Virus record (IMG/VR): IMGVR_UViG_2565956620_000001
Coordinates: 1-31,985 of that record
Source: a virus
Lineage: Duplodnaviria > Heunggongvirae > Uroviricota > Caudoviricetes
DNA: 31,985 nt
Strand: one strand, 5' to 3'
In this document: positions 8,724-17,850 of the stretch, one piece after another
Layout: each line of letters starts with the position of its first letter
Numbering within the stretch: the stretch's first letter is position 1
Notes under the pieces: model-generated
Databases searched by the model: none
The model's input: the letters and a program-made list of their open reading frames with translations, nothing else
What the model was told of the DNA's origin: nothing
Translations under genes and position numbers: made by a program

Positions 8724-9707
8724 TTACCATATATCAGGGATGTTTCTCACAACCGCTTCAAACAAAGGTGGTGGAACTGCATTACCTACGACCTTATATC
8801 TCTCTTTTAACATCCGTGCGGCCCCAAAACTATCCATGTCAGGAAAAGTTAGATAACCACCATGATTGGTATATTCTTTACTAAACCCTTGCAGAATCGC
8901 CGCTTCTTTATAAGAGAAGCGTCTGGCTGGCGAGTTTGTTATAAACTCCCACTTGTCTATACCCACTTTTTTTAATTCGGGGCTGATGGGATGCAAGGGA
9001 ATATGACGAAGATTACTTACGATAGTTTTACTAACTTCGTCCCAGTTGCGGCGTCTATTCCTAGATAAATAGTACCAGTGAAATGGGTCATCACAAAACT
9101 CACCGATTGGCCATTCAGGTAATCCCTTTAGTGCTTCACCGATTGTTACATAAGGTAATGATTTTTCCTCACCATGTGTGGCTTCAGGGAATTTATATTC
9201 TAGGTCGAAGTCGTTACGAATACCTACAATTATTAATCTCTTACGCTCTTGCGGTACACCGTAGTGGTGAGCTTTGAGTATATTCCAAACAACTTTATAG
9301 CCTATATTACCAGCATTGGAGAAGCGTTTTATTTGATCATCGAGTAGATGCTTAAATGTACTATTTCTCATACCTGAAACATTTTCGACAATAAATGCTT
9401 TAGGTTGAATATTGGTTAATGCACGTGCAAACTCTTTATATAAAAAATTTATACTCCTGTCCGCAAGACGTGCGCCACCTTGGCTAAATCCTTGGCATGG
9501 ATAGCATCCAACAAGAAGGTCTGCACTCGGAAATTTTTCAACTTCTCGGATATCTTGGATTAGGTAATCTGTTTCTGGTAGGTTTGCGAGATAAACCTCT
9601 CTCGCATATGGCAAAATATCGTTTGCCATAACGATGTCGAAACCAGCTTTGCTTAATCCAGCATCGGAACCACCACAACCCGAGAACAATGATACAGCTT
9701 TTGGCAT
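8724..9707 (-). CDS. C5-cytosine DNA methyltransferase (327 aa)
   Basis: Motif I FSGCGG, motif IV PCQ (Cys codon 9497..9495), motif VI ENV, motif VIII QERKR, C-terminal GNAV; ATG at 9707 with GGGGGAG RBS preferred over the TTG at 9731. Confidence 0.85.
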   Translation of the reverse strand: MPKAVSLFSGCGGSDAGLSKAGFDIVMANDILPYAREVYLANLPETDYLIQDIREVEKFPSADLLVGCYPCQGFSQGGARLADRSINFLYKEFARALTNIQPKAFIVENVSGMRNSTFKHLLDDQIKRFSNAGNIGYKVVWNILKAHHYGVPQERKRLIIVGIRNDFDLEYKFPEATHGEEKSLPYVTIGEALKGLPEWPIGEFCDDPFHWYYLSRNRRRNWDEVSKTIVSNLRHIPLHPISPELKKVGIDKWEFITNSPARRFSYKEAAILQGFSKEYTNHGGYLTFPDMDSFGAARMLKERYKVVGNAVPPPLFEAVVRNIPDIW

Positions 9708-9914
9708 TTTCTCCCCCTGATAAACCGGCAAGAGTATAGCTTTTTATATGGCTACTGCATACATCATCCTTATAAATGGCAGTTTCTGGTGTATGCATGG
9801 ACGTGAATTTTTTTGCATGCATTAGCTTTACTTATTTGAAGTATTGTCCGTGACGTCTGGCGCGCTTCCAACGTATTCATGAAACTGCATTAAAAGCGCC
9901 CCATGAAGCGGGCG

Positions 9915-9933
9915 GGCGAGGCGGGGAAAGCAC
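9915..9933. other. cos cohesive-end site GGCGAGGCGGGGAAAGCAC
   Basis: 19-mer identical to the P2 cohesive end as I recall it; located just upstream of Q as in P2. Confidence 0.6.
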
Positions 9934-10074
9934 TGCGCGCTGGCGGTGGTGCTGATTTTATTTTTTCAGCGTCTGAGCGCGTCGTGATGGCGTTTAGATT
10001 GTGCGCCGGGGCGTTGGTTTGTCTGCGGGCTGTTTTGCGCGGTGGTGAGCGTGTGAGGGCGTGATGACGGGTTG

Positions 10075-10097
10075 TAAAAAAGCCGCCCGCAGGCGGC
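10075..10097 (-). terminator. Rho-independent terminator of the leftward P-Q operon
   Basis: Minus-strand GCCGCC-TGCG-GGCGGC stem followed by a T7 run, 6 nt after the Q stop. Confidence 0.65.
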
Positions 10098-10102
10098 GAT
10101 GT

Positions 10103-11137
10103 TCAGCCGTTGTCAGTGTCCAGTGAGTAGTTTTTAAAGCGGATGACCTCCTGACCGAGCCAGCCGTTTATCTCGCGGATCCTGTCCTGTAACGGGATAA
10201 GCTCATTGCGGACAAAGACCTTTGCCACTTTCTCAATATCACCCAGAGACCCGACGTTTTCCGGCTTGCCGCCCATCAACTGAAAGGGGATGCGGTGCGC
10301 ATCCAGCAGGTCAACGGCGCTGGCTTTTTTGATATTAAAAAAATCGTCCTTCGTCGCCACTTCACTGAGCGGGATAATTTTAATGCCGTCGGCTTTCCCC
10401 TGTGGGGCATAGAGAAACAGGTTTTTAAAGTTATTGCGGCCTTTCGACTTCACCATGTTTTCGCGAAGCATTTCGATATCGTTGCGGTCCTGCACGGCAT
10501 CGGTGACGTACATGATGTATCCGGCATGCGCGCCGTTTTCGTAATACTTGCGGCGGAACAGCGTGGCCGACTCATTCAGCCAGGCAGAGTTAAGGGCGCT
10601 GAGATATTCCGGCAGGCCGTACAGCTCCTGATTAATATCCGGCTCCAGCAGGTGAAACACGGAACCGGGCGCGAAAGGTGTCGGCTCGTTGAAGGACGGC
10701 ACCCACCAGTAAACATCCTCCTCCACGCCACGGCGGGTATATTTTGCCGGTGAGGTTTCCAGTCTGATGATCTTACCGGTGGTGCTGTAACGCTTTTCCA
10801 GAAACGCATTACCGAACACCAGAAAATCCAGCACAAAGCGGCTGAAATCCTGTTGCGAAAGCCACGGATGCGGGATAAATGTCGAGGCCAGAATATTGCG
10901 TTTAACGTAAATCGGTGAGCTGTGATGCACGGCAGCACGCAGGCTTTTCGCCAGACCGGTAAAGCTGACCGGCGGCTCATACCATCTGCCGTTACTGATG
11001 CACTCGACGTAATCCAGAATGTCACGGCGGTCGAGTACCGGCACCGGCTCACCAAAGGTGAATGCCTCCATTTTCGGGGCGCTGGCGGTCATTTTTTTTG
11101 CCGCAGGTTGCGGTGTTTTCCCTTTTTTCTTGCTCAT
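10103..11137 (-). CDS. Q: Portal protein (344 aa)
   Basis: Synteny, P2-like length, ATGA overlap with the P stop. Confidence 0.85.
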   Translation of the reverse strand: MSKKKGKTPQPAAKKMTASAPKMEAFTFGEPVPVLDRRDILDYVECISNGRWYEPPVSFTGLAKSLRAAVHHSSPIYVKRNILASTFIPHPWLSQQDFSRFVLDFLVFGNAFLEKRYSTTGKIIRLETSPAKYTRRGVEEDVYWWVPSFNEPTPFAPGSVFHLLEPDINQELYGLPEYLSALNSAWLNESATLFRRKYYENGAHAGYIMYVTDAVQDRNDIEMLRENMVKSKGRNNFKNLFLYAPQGKADGIKIIPLSEVATKDDFFNIKKASAVDLLDAHRIPFQLMGGKPENVGSLGDIEKVAKVFVRNELIPLQDRIREINGWLGQEVIRFKNYSLDTDNG

Positions 11138-12909
11138 CAGTAAAACTCCAGAATGGTGGATGTCAGCGGGGTGCTGATACCGGCGGTGAGTGGCTCATTT
11201 AACAGGGCGTGCATGGTCGCCCAGGCGAGGTCGGCGTGGCTGGCTTCCTCGCTGCGGCTGGCCTCATAAGTGGCGCTGCGTCCGCTGCTGGTCATGGTCT
11301 TGCGGATAGCCATAAACGAGCTGGTGATGTCGGTGGCGCTGACGTCATATTCCAGACAGCCACGGCGGATGACGTCTTTTGCCTTGAGCACCATTGCGGT
11401 TTTCATTTCCGGCGTGTAGCGGATATCGCGCGCGGCGGGATAGAACGAGCGCACGAGCTGGAACACGCCGACACCGAGGCCGGTGGCATCAATACCGATG
11501 TATTCGACGTTGTATTTTTCGGTGAGTTTGCGGATGGATTCCGCCTGAGTGGCAAAGTCCATGCCTTTCCACTGGTGACGCTCAAGTATTCTGAATTTGC
11601 CACCGGCCACCACCGGCGGTGCCAGTACCACGCATCCGGCGCTGTCGCCACGGTGTGACGGGTCGTAACCAATCCAGACCGGGCGGGAGCCGAACGGATT
11701 GGCGGCAAACGGCGCATAGTCTTCCCATTCTTCCAGCGTGTCGACCATGCAGCGTTGCAGCTCCTCGAACGGGAACACCGACGCCTTGTCGTCAACAAAT
11801 TCACACATGAACAGGTTTTTAAAATCGTCGGCGCTGTTTTCACGTTTGAGCTGCTCAATGTCGAACAGTGTGCAGCCACCTTTCAGGGCATCTTCAATGG
11901 TGACAATCTGCCGCCACTGGCCGTCCGCACAGAGAAGACCTCCGGCAAGGGCGTTATGACTGACGTCGATTTCCACGCGTTCGGCGGCGCTGGCGCGTCC
12001 CCGGTTGAACAGTTCACCTGACCAGAACGGGTAGGCGTCGTGCGCCAGCGTGGACGGGGTGGAGAAATAGGTCGAGCGCAGGTGACTCTGTGAGGCCATA
12101 CCTGATGCCACCTTACGCAGTACCTGAAAATTCGGTATCCAGAAAATCTCGTCGACGTACAGGTCGCCGTTATGGCTCTGTGCGGTGTTGGAGTTGGTGC
12201 CGAGAAAAATCAGTTTTGCGCCGTTATTGCCCAGGACAATCGGGTCACCGGTCAGGTCAACGTCAACCAGACGGGCAAAGGCGATGATGTATTCACGGAA
12301 TACATACGCCTGCGTTTTACTGGCCGACAGAAAAATCTGGTTATGGCCTGTTTTCAGGGCGCGCAGCAGCGCCTCGCGGGAAAAATAAAACGTCGCGCCA
12401 ATCTGGCGGGATTTCAGGATATCGCGGATGCGGTGCTCAAGCCCGGCGCGATACCAGTGCAACTGATATTCGAAAGACTGCTCAAAGAAAATCTGCTCCA
12501 GCTTTTCGATGGCCTCGTCACTGAAAAAATTCTTTTTCGGTTTGCGACGCCCGCCTTTGTTGCGGTTAGCGACGTTCGGATTAAGGTCTGCCTCGTTGCC
12601 GGTCTGACTGTAACGGTTGACCCGTGCCAGTCGTTCAATCTGGCGTCCGAGCAGGTCAATTTCCTTGAAGTCACCGCCGGTTTTCTGCGGTTTGATGATG
12701 AGCTGGGTCAGCCGCGCTTCCAGACTCATTTCGACACGGCTGATGGGGGCAACGCTGTCCCAGCCGTCGCGCTGCTTCCAGCTCTGCACCGTCGGGCGTT
12801 TCATCTGCAACATGGCGGCAATCTGCGGCACGGAAAATCCCTGCCAGTACAGCAGCGCCGCCTGACGACGCGGGTCGTGTAAAAGAGTGGTGTCTGTGGT
12901 GATGGTCAT
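11137..12909 (-). CDS. P: Terminase large subunit (590 aa)
   Basis: ATG at 12909 gives the P2 gpP length; synteny with Q. Confidence 0.85.
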   Translation of the reverse strand: MTITTDTTLLHDPRRQAALLYWQGFSVPQIAAMLQMKRPTVQSWKQRDGWDSVAPISRVEMSLEARLTQLIIKPQKTGGDFKEIDLLGRQIERLARVNRYSQTGNEADLNPNVANRNKGGRRKPKKNFFSDEAIEKLEQIFFEQSFEYQLHWYRAGLEHRIRDILKSRQIGATFYFSREALLRALKTGHNQIFLSASKTQAYVFREYIIAFARLVDVDLTGDPIVLGNNGAKLIFLGTNSNTAQSHNGDLYVDEIFWIPNFQVLRKVASGMASQSHLRSTYFSTPSTLAHDAYPFWSGELFNRGRASAAERVEIDVSHNALAGGLLCADGQWRQIVTIEDALKGGCTLFDIEQLKRENSADDFKNLFMCEFVDDKASVFPFEELQRCMVDTLEEWEDYAPFAANPFGSRPVWIGYDPSHRGDSAGCVVLAPPVVAGGKFRILERHQWKGMDFATQAESIRKLTEKYNVEYIGIDATGLGVGVFQLVRSFYPAARDIRYTPEMKTAMVLKAKDVIRRGCLEYDVSATDITSSFMAIRKTMTSSGRSATYEASRSEEASHADLAWATMHALLNEPLTAGISTPLTSTILEFY

Positions 12910-12977
12910 GAATACCTCGCCGTGATGAATACACGGCAAGGCTACTGAGTCGCGCCCCGCGATTCGCTAAGGTGCTG

Positions 12978-13005
12978 TTGTGTCAGTGATAAGCCATCCG
13001 GGACT
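12978..13005. promoter_or_regulatory. Late-promoter activator element between divergent P and O: TTGTG-N..-AGCCA-TCC-GGGAC (degenerate TGT-N12-ACA)
   Basis: 24 of 33 positions identical to the element upstream of FI (24153..24180). Confidence 0.45.
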
Positions 13006-13082
13006 GATGGCGGAGGATGCGCATCGTCGGGAAACTGATGCCGACATGTGACTCCTCTAATCACTATTCAGGACTCCTGACA

Positions 13083-13937
13083 ATGGCAAAAAAAGCATCA
13101 AAATTCTTTCGTATCGGCGTTGAGGGTGACACCTGTGACGGGCGTGTCATCAGTGCGCAGGATATTCAGGAAATGGCCGAAACCTTTGACCCGCGAGTCT
13201 ATGGTTGCCGCATTAACCTGGAACATCTGCGCGGCATCCTGCCTGACGGTATTTTTAAGCGTTATGGTGATGTGGTCGAACTGAAGGCCGAAAAGATTGA
13301 CGATGATTCGGCGCTGAAAGGCAAATGGGCGCTGTTTGCGAAAATCACCCCGACCGATGACCTTATCGCGATGAACAAGGCCGCGCAGAAGGTCTATACC
13401 TCAATGGAAATTCAGCCGAACTTTGCCAATACAGGCAAATGTTATCTGGTGGGTCTGGCCGTCACCGATGACCCGGCAAGCCTCGGCACGGAATACCTGG
13501 AATTCTGCCGCACGGCAAAACACAACCCTCTGAACCGCTTCAAATTAAGCCCTGAAAACCTGATTTCAGTGGCAACGCCTGTTGAGCTGGAATTTGAAGA
13601 CCTGCCTGAAACCGTGTTCACAGCCCTGACCGAAAAGGTGAAATCCATTTTTGGCCGCAAACAGGCCAGCGATGACGCCCGTCTGAATGACGTGCATGAA
13701 GCGGTGACCGCTGTCGCTGAGCATGTGCAGGAAAAACTGAGCGCCACTGAGCAGCGCCTTGCTGAGATGGAAACCGCCTTTTCCGCACTTAAGCAGGATG
13801 TGACTGACAGGGCGGATGAAACCAGTCAGGCATTCACCCGCCTGAAAAACAGCCTCGACCATACCGAAAGTCTGACCCAGCAGCGCCGCAGCAAAGCCAC
13901 CGGCGGTGGCGGTGACGCCCTGATGACGAACTGCTGA
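13083..13937 (+). CDS. O: Capsid scaffolding protein (284 aa)
   Basis: ATG at 13083 (MAKKASKFF...) gives the P2 gpO length; synteny. Confidence 0.85.
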   Translation: MAKKASKFFRIGVEGDTCDGRVISAQDIQEMAETFDPRVYGCRINLEHLRGILPDGIFKRYGDVVELKAEKIDDDSALKGKWALFAKITPTDDLIAMNKAAQKVYTSMEIQPNFANTGKCYLVGLAVTDDPASLGTEYLEFCRTAKHNPLNRFKLSPENLISVATPVELEFEDLPETVFTALTEKVKSIFGRKQASDDARLNDVHEAVTAVAEHVQEKLSATEQRLAEMETAFSALKQDVTDRADETSQAFTRLKNSLDHTESLTQQRRSKATGGGGDALMTNC

Positions 13938-13995
13938 CCGGCGTCAGTCAGTCCGGGAAAACCTTCACGATTAACCCTTAATTTCAGGAAAAACT

Positions 13996-15069
13996 ATGCG
14001 CCAGGAAACCCGCTTTAAATTTAATGCTTACCTGTCCCGTGTTGCCGAACTGAACGGCATCGACGCCGGTGATGTGTCGAAAAAATTCACCGTTGAACCG
14101 TCGGTCACCCAGATCCTGATGAACACCATGCAGGAGTCCTCTGATTTTCTGACCCGCATCAACATTGTGCCGGTCAGCGAAATGAAAGGGGAAAAAATTG
14201 GTATTGGTGTCACCGGCTCCATCGCCAGCACCACCGACACCGCCGGTGGCACCGAGCGTCAGCCGAAGGACTTCTCGAAGCTGGCGTCAAACAAGTACGA
14301 ATGCGACCAGATTAACTTCGATTTTTATATCCGCTACAAAACGCTGGACCTGTGGGCGCGTTATCAGGATTTCCAGCTCCGTATCCGTAACGCCATTATC
14401 AAACGCCAGTCCCTTGATTTCATCATGGCCGGTTTTAACGGCGTGAAGCGTGCCGAAACCTCTGACCGCAGCAGCAATCCGATGCTGCAGGATGTGGCGG
14501 TCGGCTGGCTGCAGAAATACCGCAATGAAGCCCCGGCGCGCGTGATGAGCAAGGTTACTGACGAGGAAGGTCACACCACCTCTGAGGTCATCCGCGTGGG
14601 TAAGGGTGGTGATTATGCCAGCCTCGATGCACTGGTGATGGATGCGACCAACAACCTGATTGAGCCGTGGTATCAGGAAGACCCTGACCTTGTGGTGATT
14701 GTGGGGCGTCAGCTACTGGCGGACAAGTATTTCCCCATCGTTAACAAGGAGCAGGACAACAGCGAGATGCTGGCCGCTGACGTCATCATCAGCCAGAAAC
14801 GCATCGGCAACCTGCCGGCGGTACGCGTCCCGTACTTCCCGGCGGATGCGATGCTCATCACGAAGCTGGAAAACCTGTCCATCTACTACATGGATGACAG
14901 CCATCGCCGCGTGATTGTGGAAAACCCGAAACTCGACCGCGTGGAGAACTACGAGTCAATGAACATTGATTACGTGGTGGAAGACTACGCCGCCGGTTGT
15001 CTGGTGGAAAAAATTAAGGTCGGTGATTTCTCCACACCGGCTAAAGCGACCGCAGAGCCGGGAGCGTAA
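13996..15069 (+). CDS. N: Major capsid protein (357 aa)
   Basis: Synteny and P2-like length. Confidence 0.9.
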   Translation: MRQETRFKFNAYLSRVAELNGIDAGDVSKKFTVEPSVTQILMNTMQESSDFLTRINIVPVSEMKGEKIGIGVTGSIASTTDTAGGTERQPKDFSKLASNKYECDQINFDFYIRYKTLDLWARYQDFQLRIRNAIIKRQSLDFIMAGFNGVKRAETSDRSSNPMLQDVAVGWLQKYRNEAPARVMSKVTDEEGHTTSEVIRVGKGGDYASLDALVMDATNNLIEPWYQEDPDLVVIVGRQLLADKYFPIVNKEQDNSEMLAADVIISQKRIGNLPAVRVPYFPADAMLITKLENLSIYYMDDSHRRVIVENPKLDRVENYESMNIDYVVEDYAAGCLVEKIKVGDFSTPAKATAEPGA

Positions 15070-15072
15070 CCG

Positions 15073-15816
15073 ATGACGAGTCCCGCACAGCGCCACATGA
15101 TGCGGGTCTCGGCAGCGATGACCGCGCAGCGGGAAGCCGCCCCGCTGCGACATGCAACTGTCTATGAGCAGATGCTGGTCAAGCTGGCCGCAGACCAGCG
15201 CACACTGAAAGCGATTTATTCAAAAGAGCTGAAGGCCGCGAAAAAACGCGAACTGCTGCCGTTCTGGTTGCCGTGGGTGAACGGCGTGCTGGAGCAGGGC
15301 AAAGGTGCACAGGATGACATTCTGATGACGGTCATGCTGTGGCGTCTGGATACCGGCGATATTGCCGGTGCGCTGGAGATTGCCCGTTATGCCCTGAAGT
15401 ATGGTCTGACCATGCCGGGGAAACACCGCCGCACCCCGCCGTACATGTTCACCGAGGAGGTGGCGCTTGCGGCCATGCGCGCTCACGCTGCCGGTGAGTC
15501 TGTGGATCCCCGCCTGCTGACGGACACCCTTGAACTGACCGCCACGGCTGACATGCCTGATGAAGTGCGCGCAAAGCTGCACAAAATCACCGGTCTGTTT
15601 CTGCGTGACGCTGGTGATGCCGCCGGTGCGCTGGCGCACCTGCAACGTGCGACACAGCTCGACTGTCAGGCAGGCGTCAAAAAAGAGATTGAACGACTGG
15701 AGCGGGAGCTGAAACCGAAGCCGGAGCCGCAGCCCAAAGCGGCCACCCGCGCCCCGCGTAAGACCCGGAGCGTGACACCGGCAAAACGTGGACGCCCGAA
15801 AAAGAAAGCCAGTTAA
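15073..15816 (+). CDS. M: Terminase small subunit (247 aa)
   Basis: Synteny and length; basic proline/lysine-rich C-terminus. Confidence 0.85.
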   Translation: MTSPAQRHMMRVSAAMTAQREAAPLRHATVYEQMLVKLAADQRTLKAIYSKELKAAKKRELLPFWLPWVNGVLEQGKGAQDDILMTVMLWRLDTGDIAGALEIARYALKYGLTMPGKHRRTPPYMFTEEVALAAMRAHAAGESVDPRLLTDTLELTATADMPDEVRAKLHKITGLFLRDAGDAAGALAHLQRATQLDCQAGVKKEIERLERELKPKPEPQPKAATRAPRKTRSVTPAKRGRPKKKAS

Positions 15817-15915
15817 CAACCGAATGCGCCCCGCGCCAGGGCGGCACGCCGGTCAGTGAGGGTGAATCACCTGACACTGCACCGGCGTCCACCGCCCGAC
15901 TTTTCAGAGGTAGTC

Positions 15916-16425
15916 ATGATGACGCTGATTATTCCGCGAAAGGAGGCTCCCGTGTCCGGTGAGGGTACGGTGGTCATCCCGCAACCGGCAGGCGACGAGC
16001 CGGTGATTAAAAACACGTTCTTTTTTCCCGATATCGACCCGAAGCGCGTCCGGGAACGTATGCGCCTTGAGCAGACCGTCGCCCCCGCCCGTCTGCGTGA
16101 GGCCATCAAGTCAGGCATGGCGGAGACGAATGCGGAGCTGTACGAGTACCGCGAACAGAAAATTGCCGCCGGTTTTACGTGTCTGGCGGAAGTCCCGGCG
16201 GACGACATCGACGGTGAAAGCATCAAAGTTTTTTACTACGAGCGCGCCGTGTGTGCGATGGCGACCGCGTCGCTTTATGAGCGTTATCGCGGCGTGGATG
16301 CCAGTGCCAAAGGCGACAAGAAGGCCGACAGCATTGACAGCACCATTGATGAGCTGTGGCGGGATATGCGCTGGGCAGTGGCGCGAATCCAGGACAAGCC
16401 GCGCTGCATTGTGAGTCAAATCTGA
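15916..16425 (+). CDS. L: Head completion protein (169 aa)
   Basis: ATG at 15916 with GAGG RBS gives the P2 gpL length. Confidence 0.8.
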   Translation: MMTLIIPRKEAPVSGEGTVVIPQPAGDEPVIKNTFFFPDIDPKRVRERMRLEQTVAPARLREAIKSGMAETNAELYEYREQKIAAGFTCLAEVPADDIDGESIKVFYYERAVCAMATASLYERYRGVDASAKGDKKADSIDSTIDELWRDMRWAVARIQDKPRCIVSQI

Positions 16426-16628
16426 TGAAGACCTTTGCGCTACAGGGCGACACGCTCGACGCCATCTGTGTCCGGTATTACGGGCGCACTGAGGGCGTGG
16501 TCGAGGCCGTGCTCGCCGCAAATCCGGGACTGGCTGAACTGGGTGCGGTGCTGCCGCACGGCACCGCCGTCGAACTGCCCGACGTTCAGACCGCGCCCGT
16601 GGCTGAAACTGTCAATTTGTGGGAGTAA
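16425..16628 (+). CDS. X: Tail protein X (67 aa)
   Basis: ATG overlaps the L stop (TGATG); P2 gpX length. Confidence 0.75.
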   Translation: MKTFALQGDTLDAICVRYYGRTEGVVEAVLAANPGLAELGAVLPHGTAVELPDVQTAPVAETVNLWE

Positions 16629-16631
16629 CGC

Positions 16632-16913
16632 ATGACAGCAGAAGAAAAAAGCGTCCTGTCGCTTTTCATGATTGGGGTGCTGATTGTTGTCGGCAAGGTG
16701 CTTGCCGGTGGTGAACCCATCACCCCGCGTCTGTTTATCGGGCGCATGTTACTCGGTGGTTTTGTCTCGATGGTTGCCGGTGTTGTTCTGGTGCAGTTTC
16801 CTGACCTGTCACTGCCTGCGGTGTGCGGCATCGGCTCCATGCTGGGTATCGCCGGTTATCAGGTGATTGAGATTGCCATTCAGCGCCGCTTTAAGGGCAG
16901 GGGGAAACCGTAA
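16632..16913 (+). CDS. Y: Holin (93 aa)
   Basis: Hydrophobic membrane segments; GGGAG RBS; precedes the endolysin. Confidence 0.8.
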   Translation: MTAEEKSVLSLFMIGVLIVVGKVLAGGEPITPRLFIGRMLLGGFVSMVAGVVLVQFPDLSLPAVCGIGSMLGIAGYQVIEIAIQRRFKGRGKP

Positions 16914-17410
16914 TGCCGGTAATTAACACGCATCAGAATATCGCCGCCTTTCTCGACATGCTGGCCGTGTCCGAAGGGACGGCGAATCATCCGCTGACGA
17001 AAAACCGGGGCTATGACGTGATAGTCACCGGACTGGACGGAAAGCCGGAAATTTTCACCGACTACAGTGACCACCCGTTCGCACATGGCCGACCGGCGAA
17101 GGTGTTTAACCGTCGCGGTGAAAAATCAACGGCCTCCGGTCGCTATCAGCAGCTTTACCTGTTCTGGCCGCATTACCGCAAACAGCTTGCCCTGCCGGAT
17201 TTCAGTCCGTTGTCACAGGACAGACTCGCCATTCAGTTGATCCGCGAACGCGGTGCACTGGATGACATCCGGGCGGGACGCATTGAACGCGCCATTTCAC
17301 GCTGTCGCAATATCTGGGCGTCCCTGCCGGGTGCCGGTTACGGTCAGCGTGAGCATTCACTGGAAAAACTGGTCACCGTCTGGCGTACCGCTGGCGGCGT
17401 ACCGGCTTAA
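16913..17410 (+). CDS. K: Endolysin / lysozyme (165 aa)
   Basis: TAATG overlap with the holin gene; P2 gpK length and position. Confidence 0.85.
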   Translation: MPVINTHQNIAAFLDMLAVSEGTANHPLTKNRGYDVIVTGLDGKPEIFTDYSDHPFAHGRPAKVFNRRGEKSTASGRYQQLYLFWPHYRKQLALPDFSPLSQDRLAIQLIRERGALDDIRAGRIERAISRCRNIWASLPGAGYGQREHSLEKLVTVWRTAGGVPA

Positions 17411-17424
17411 ACGGAGTAAACACC

Positions 17425-17850
17425 ATGAAGAAATTATCCCTTTCACTGATGCTGAACGTGTCGCTGGCGCTGATGCTGGCACTGTCCCTGATTTACCCGC
17501 AGAGCGTGGCCGTCAGTTTTGTCGCCACCTGGGCGATTCTGGCGACGGTTATCTGTGTGGTTGCCGGTGGTGTCGGCATGTATGCCACTGAGTATGTACT
17601 GGAACGCTACGGACGGGAGCTGCCGCCGGAATCGCTGGCCGTGAAGATTGTCACGTCGCTGTTTTTGCAGCCGGTGCCGTGGCGCAGACGGGCAGTGGCT
17701 CTGGTAGTGGTGGTGGCGACGTTTATCTCGCTGGTCGCTGCCGGGTGGATTTTTACCGCGCTGATTTATCTTGTGGCATCGGTGTTCTTCCGGTTGATAC
17801 GTACGGCCTGCTGTCAGCGTTTTGAGGGGTGGGAACCATGTCAAGGCTGA
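17425..17850 (+). CDS. lysA: LysA, hydrophobic lysis-timing protein (141 aa)
   Basis: Multiple hydrophobic segments; GGAG RBS; position. Confidence 0.75.
   Translation: MKKLSLSLMLNVSLALMLALSLIYPQSVAVSFVATWAILATVICVVAGGVGMYATEYVLERYGRELPPESLAVKIVTSLFLQPVPWRRRAVALVVVVATFISLVAAGWIFTALIYLVASVFFRLIRTACCQRFEGWEPCQG

Noticed and set aside
9538-9822. 94-aa minus-strand ORF upstream of the methylase
   Set aside because: It overlaps the methylase 5' end in another frame and has no RBS; probably a frame artefact.
10295-12882. Long plus-strand ORFs antisense to Q and P (for example 10295..10753, 11209..11658, 12172..12882)
   Set aside because: They lie entirely inside the high-GC portal and terminase genes on the opposite strand, where stop codons are depleted by chance.
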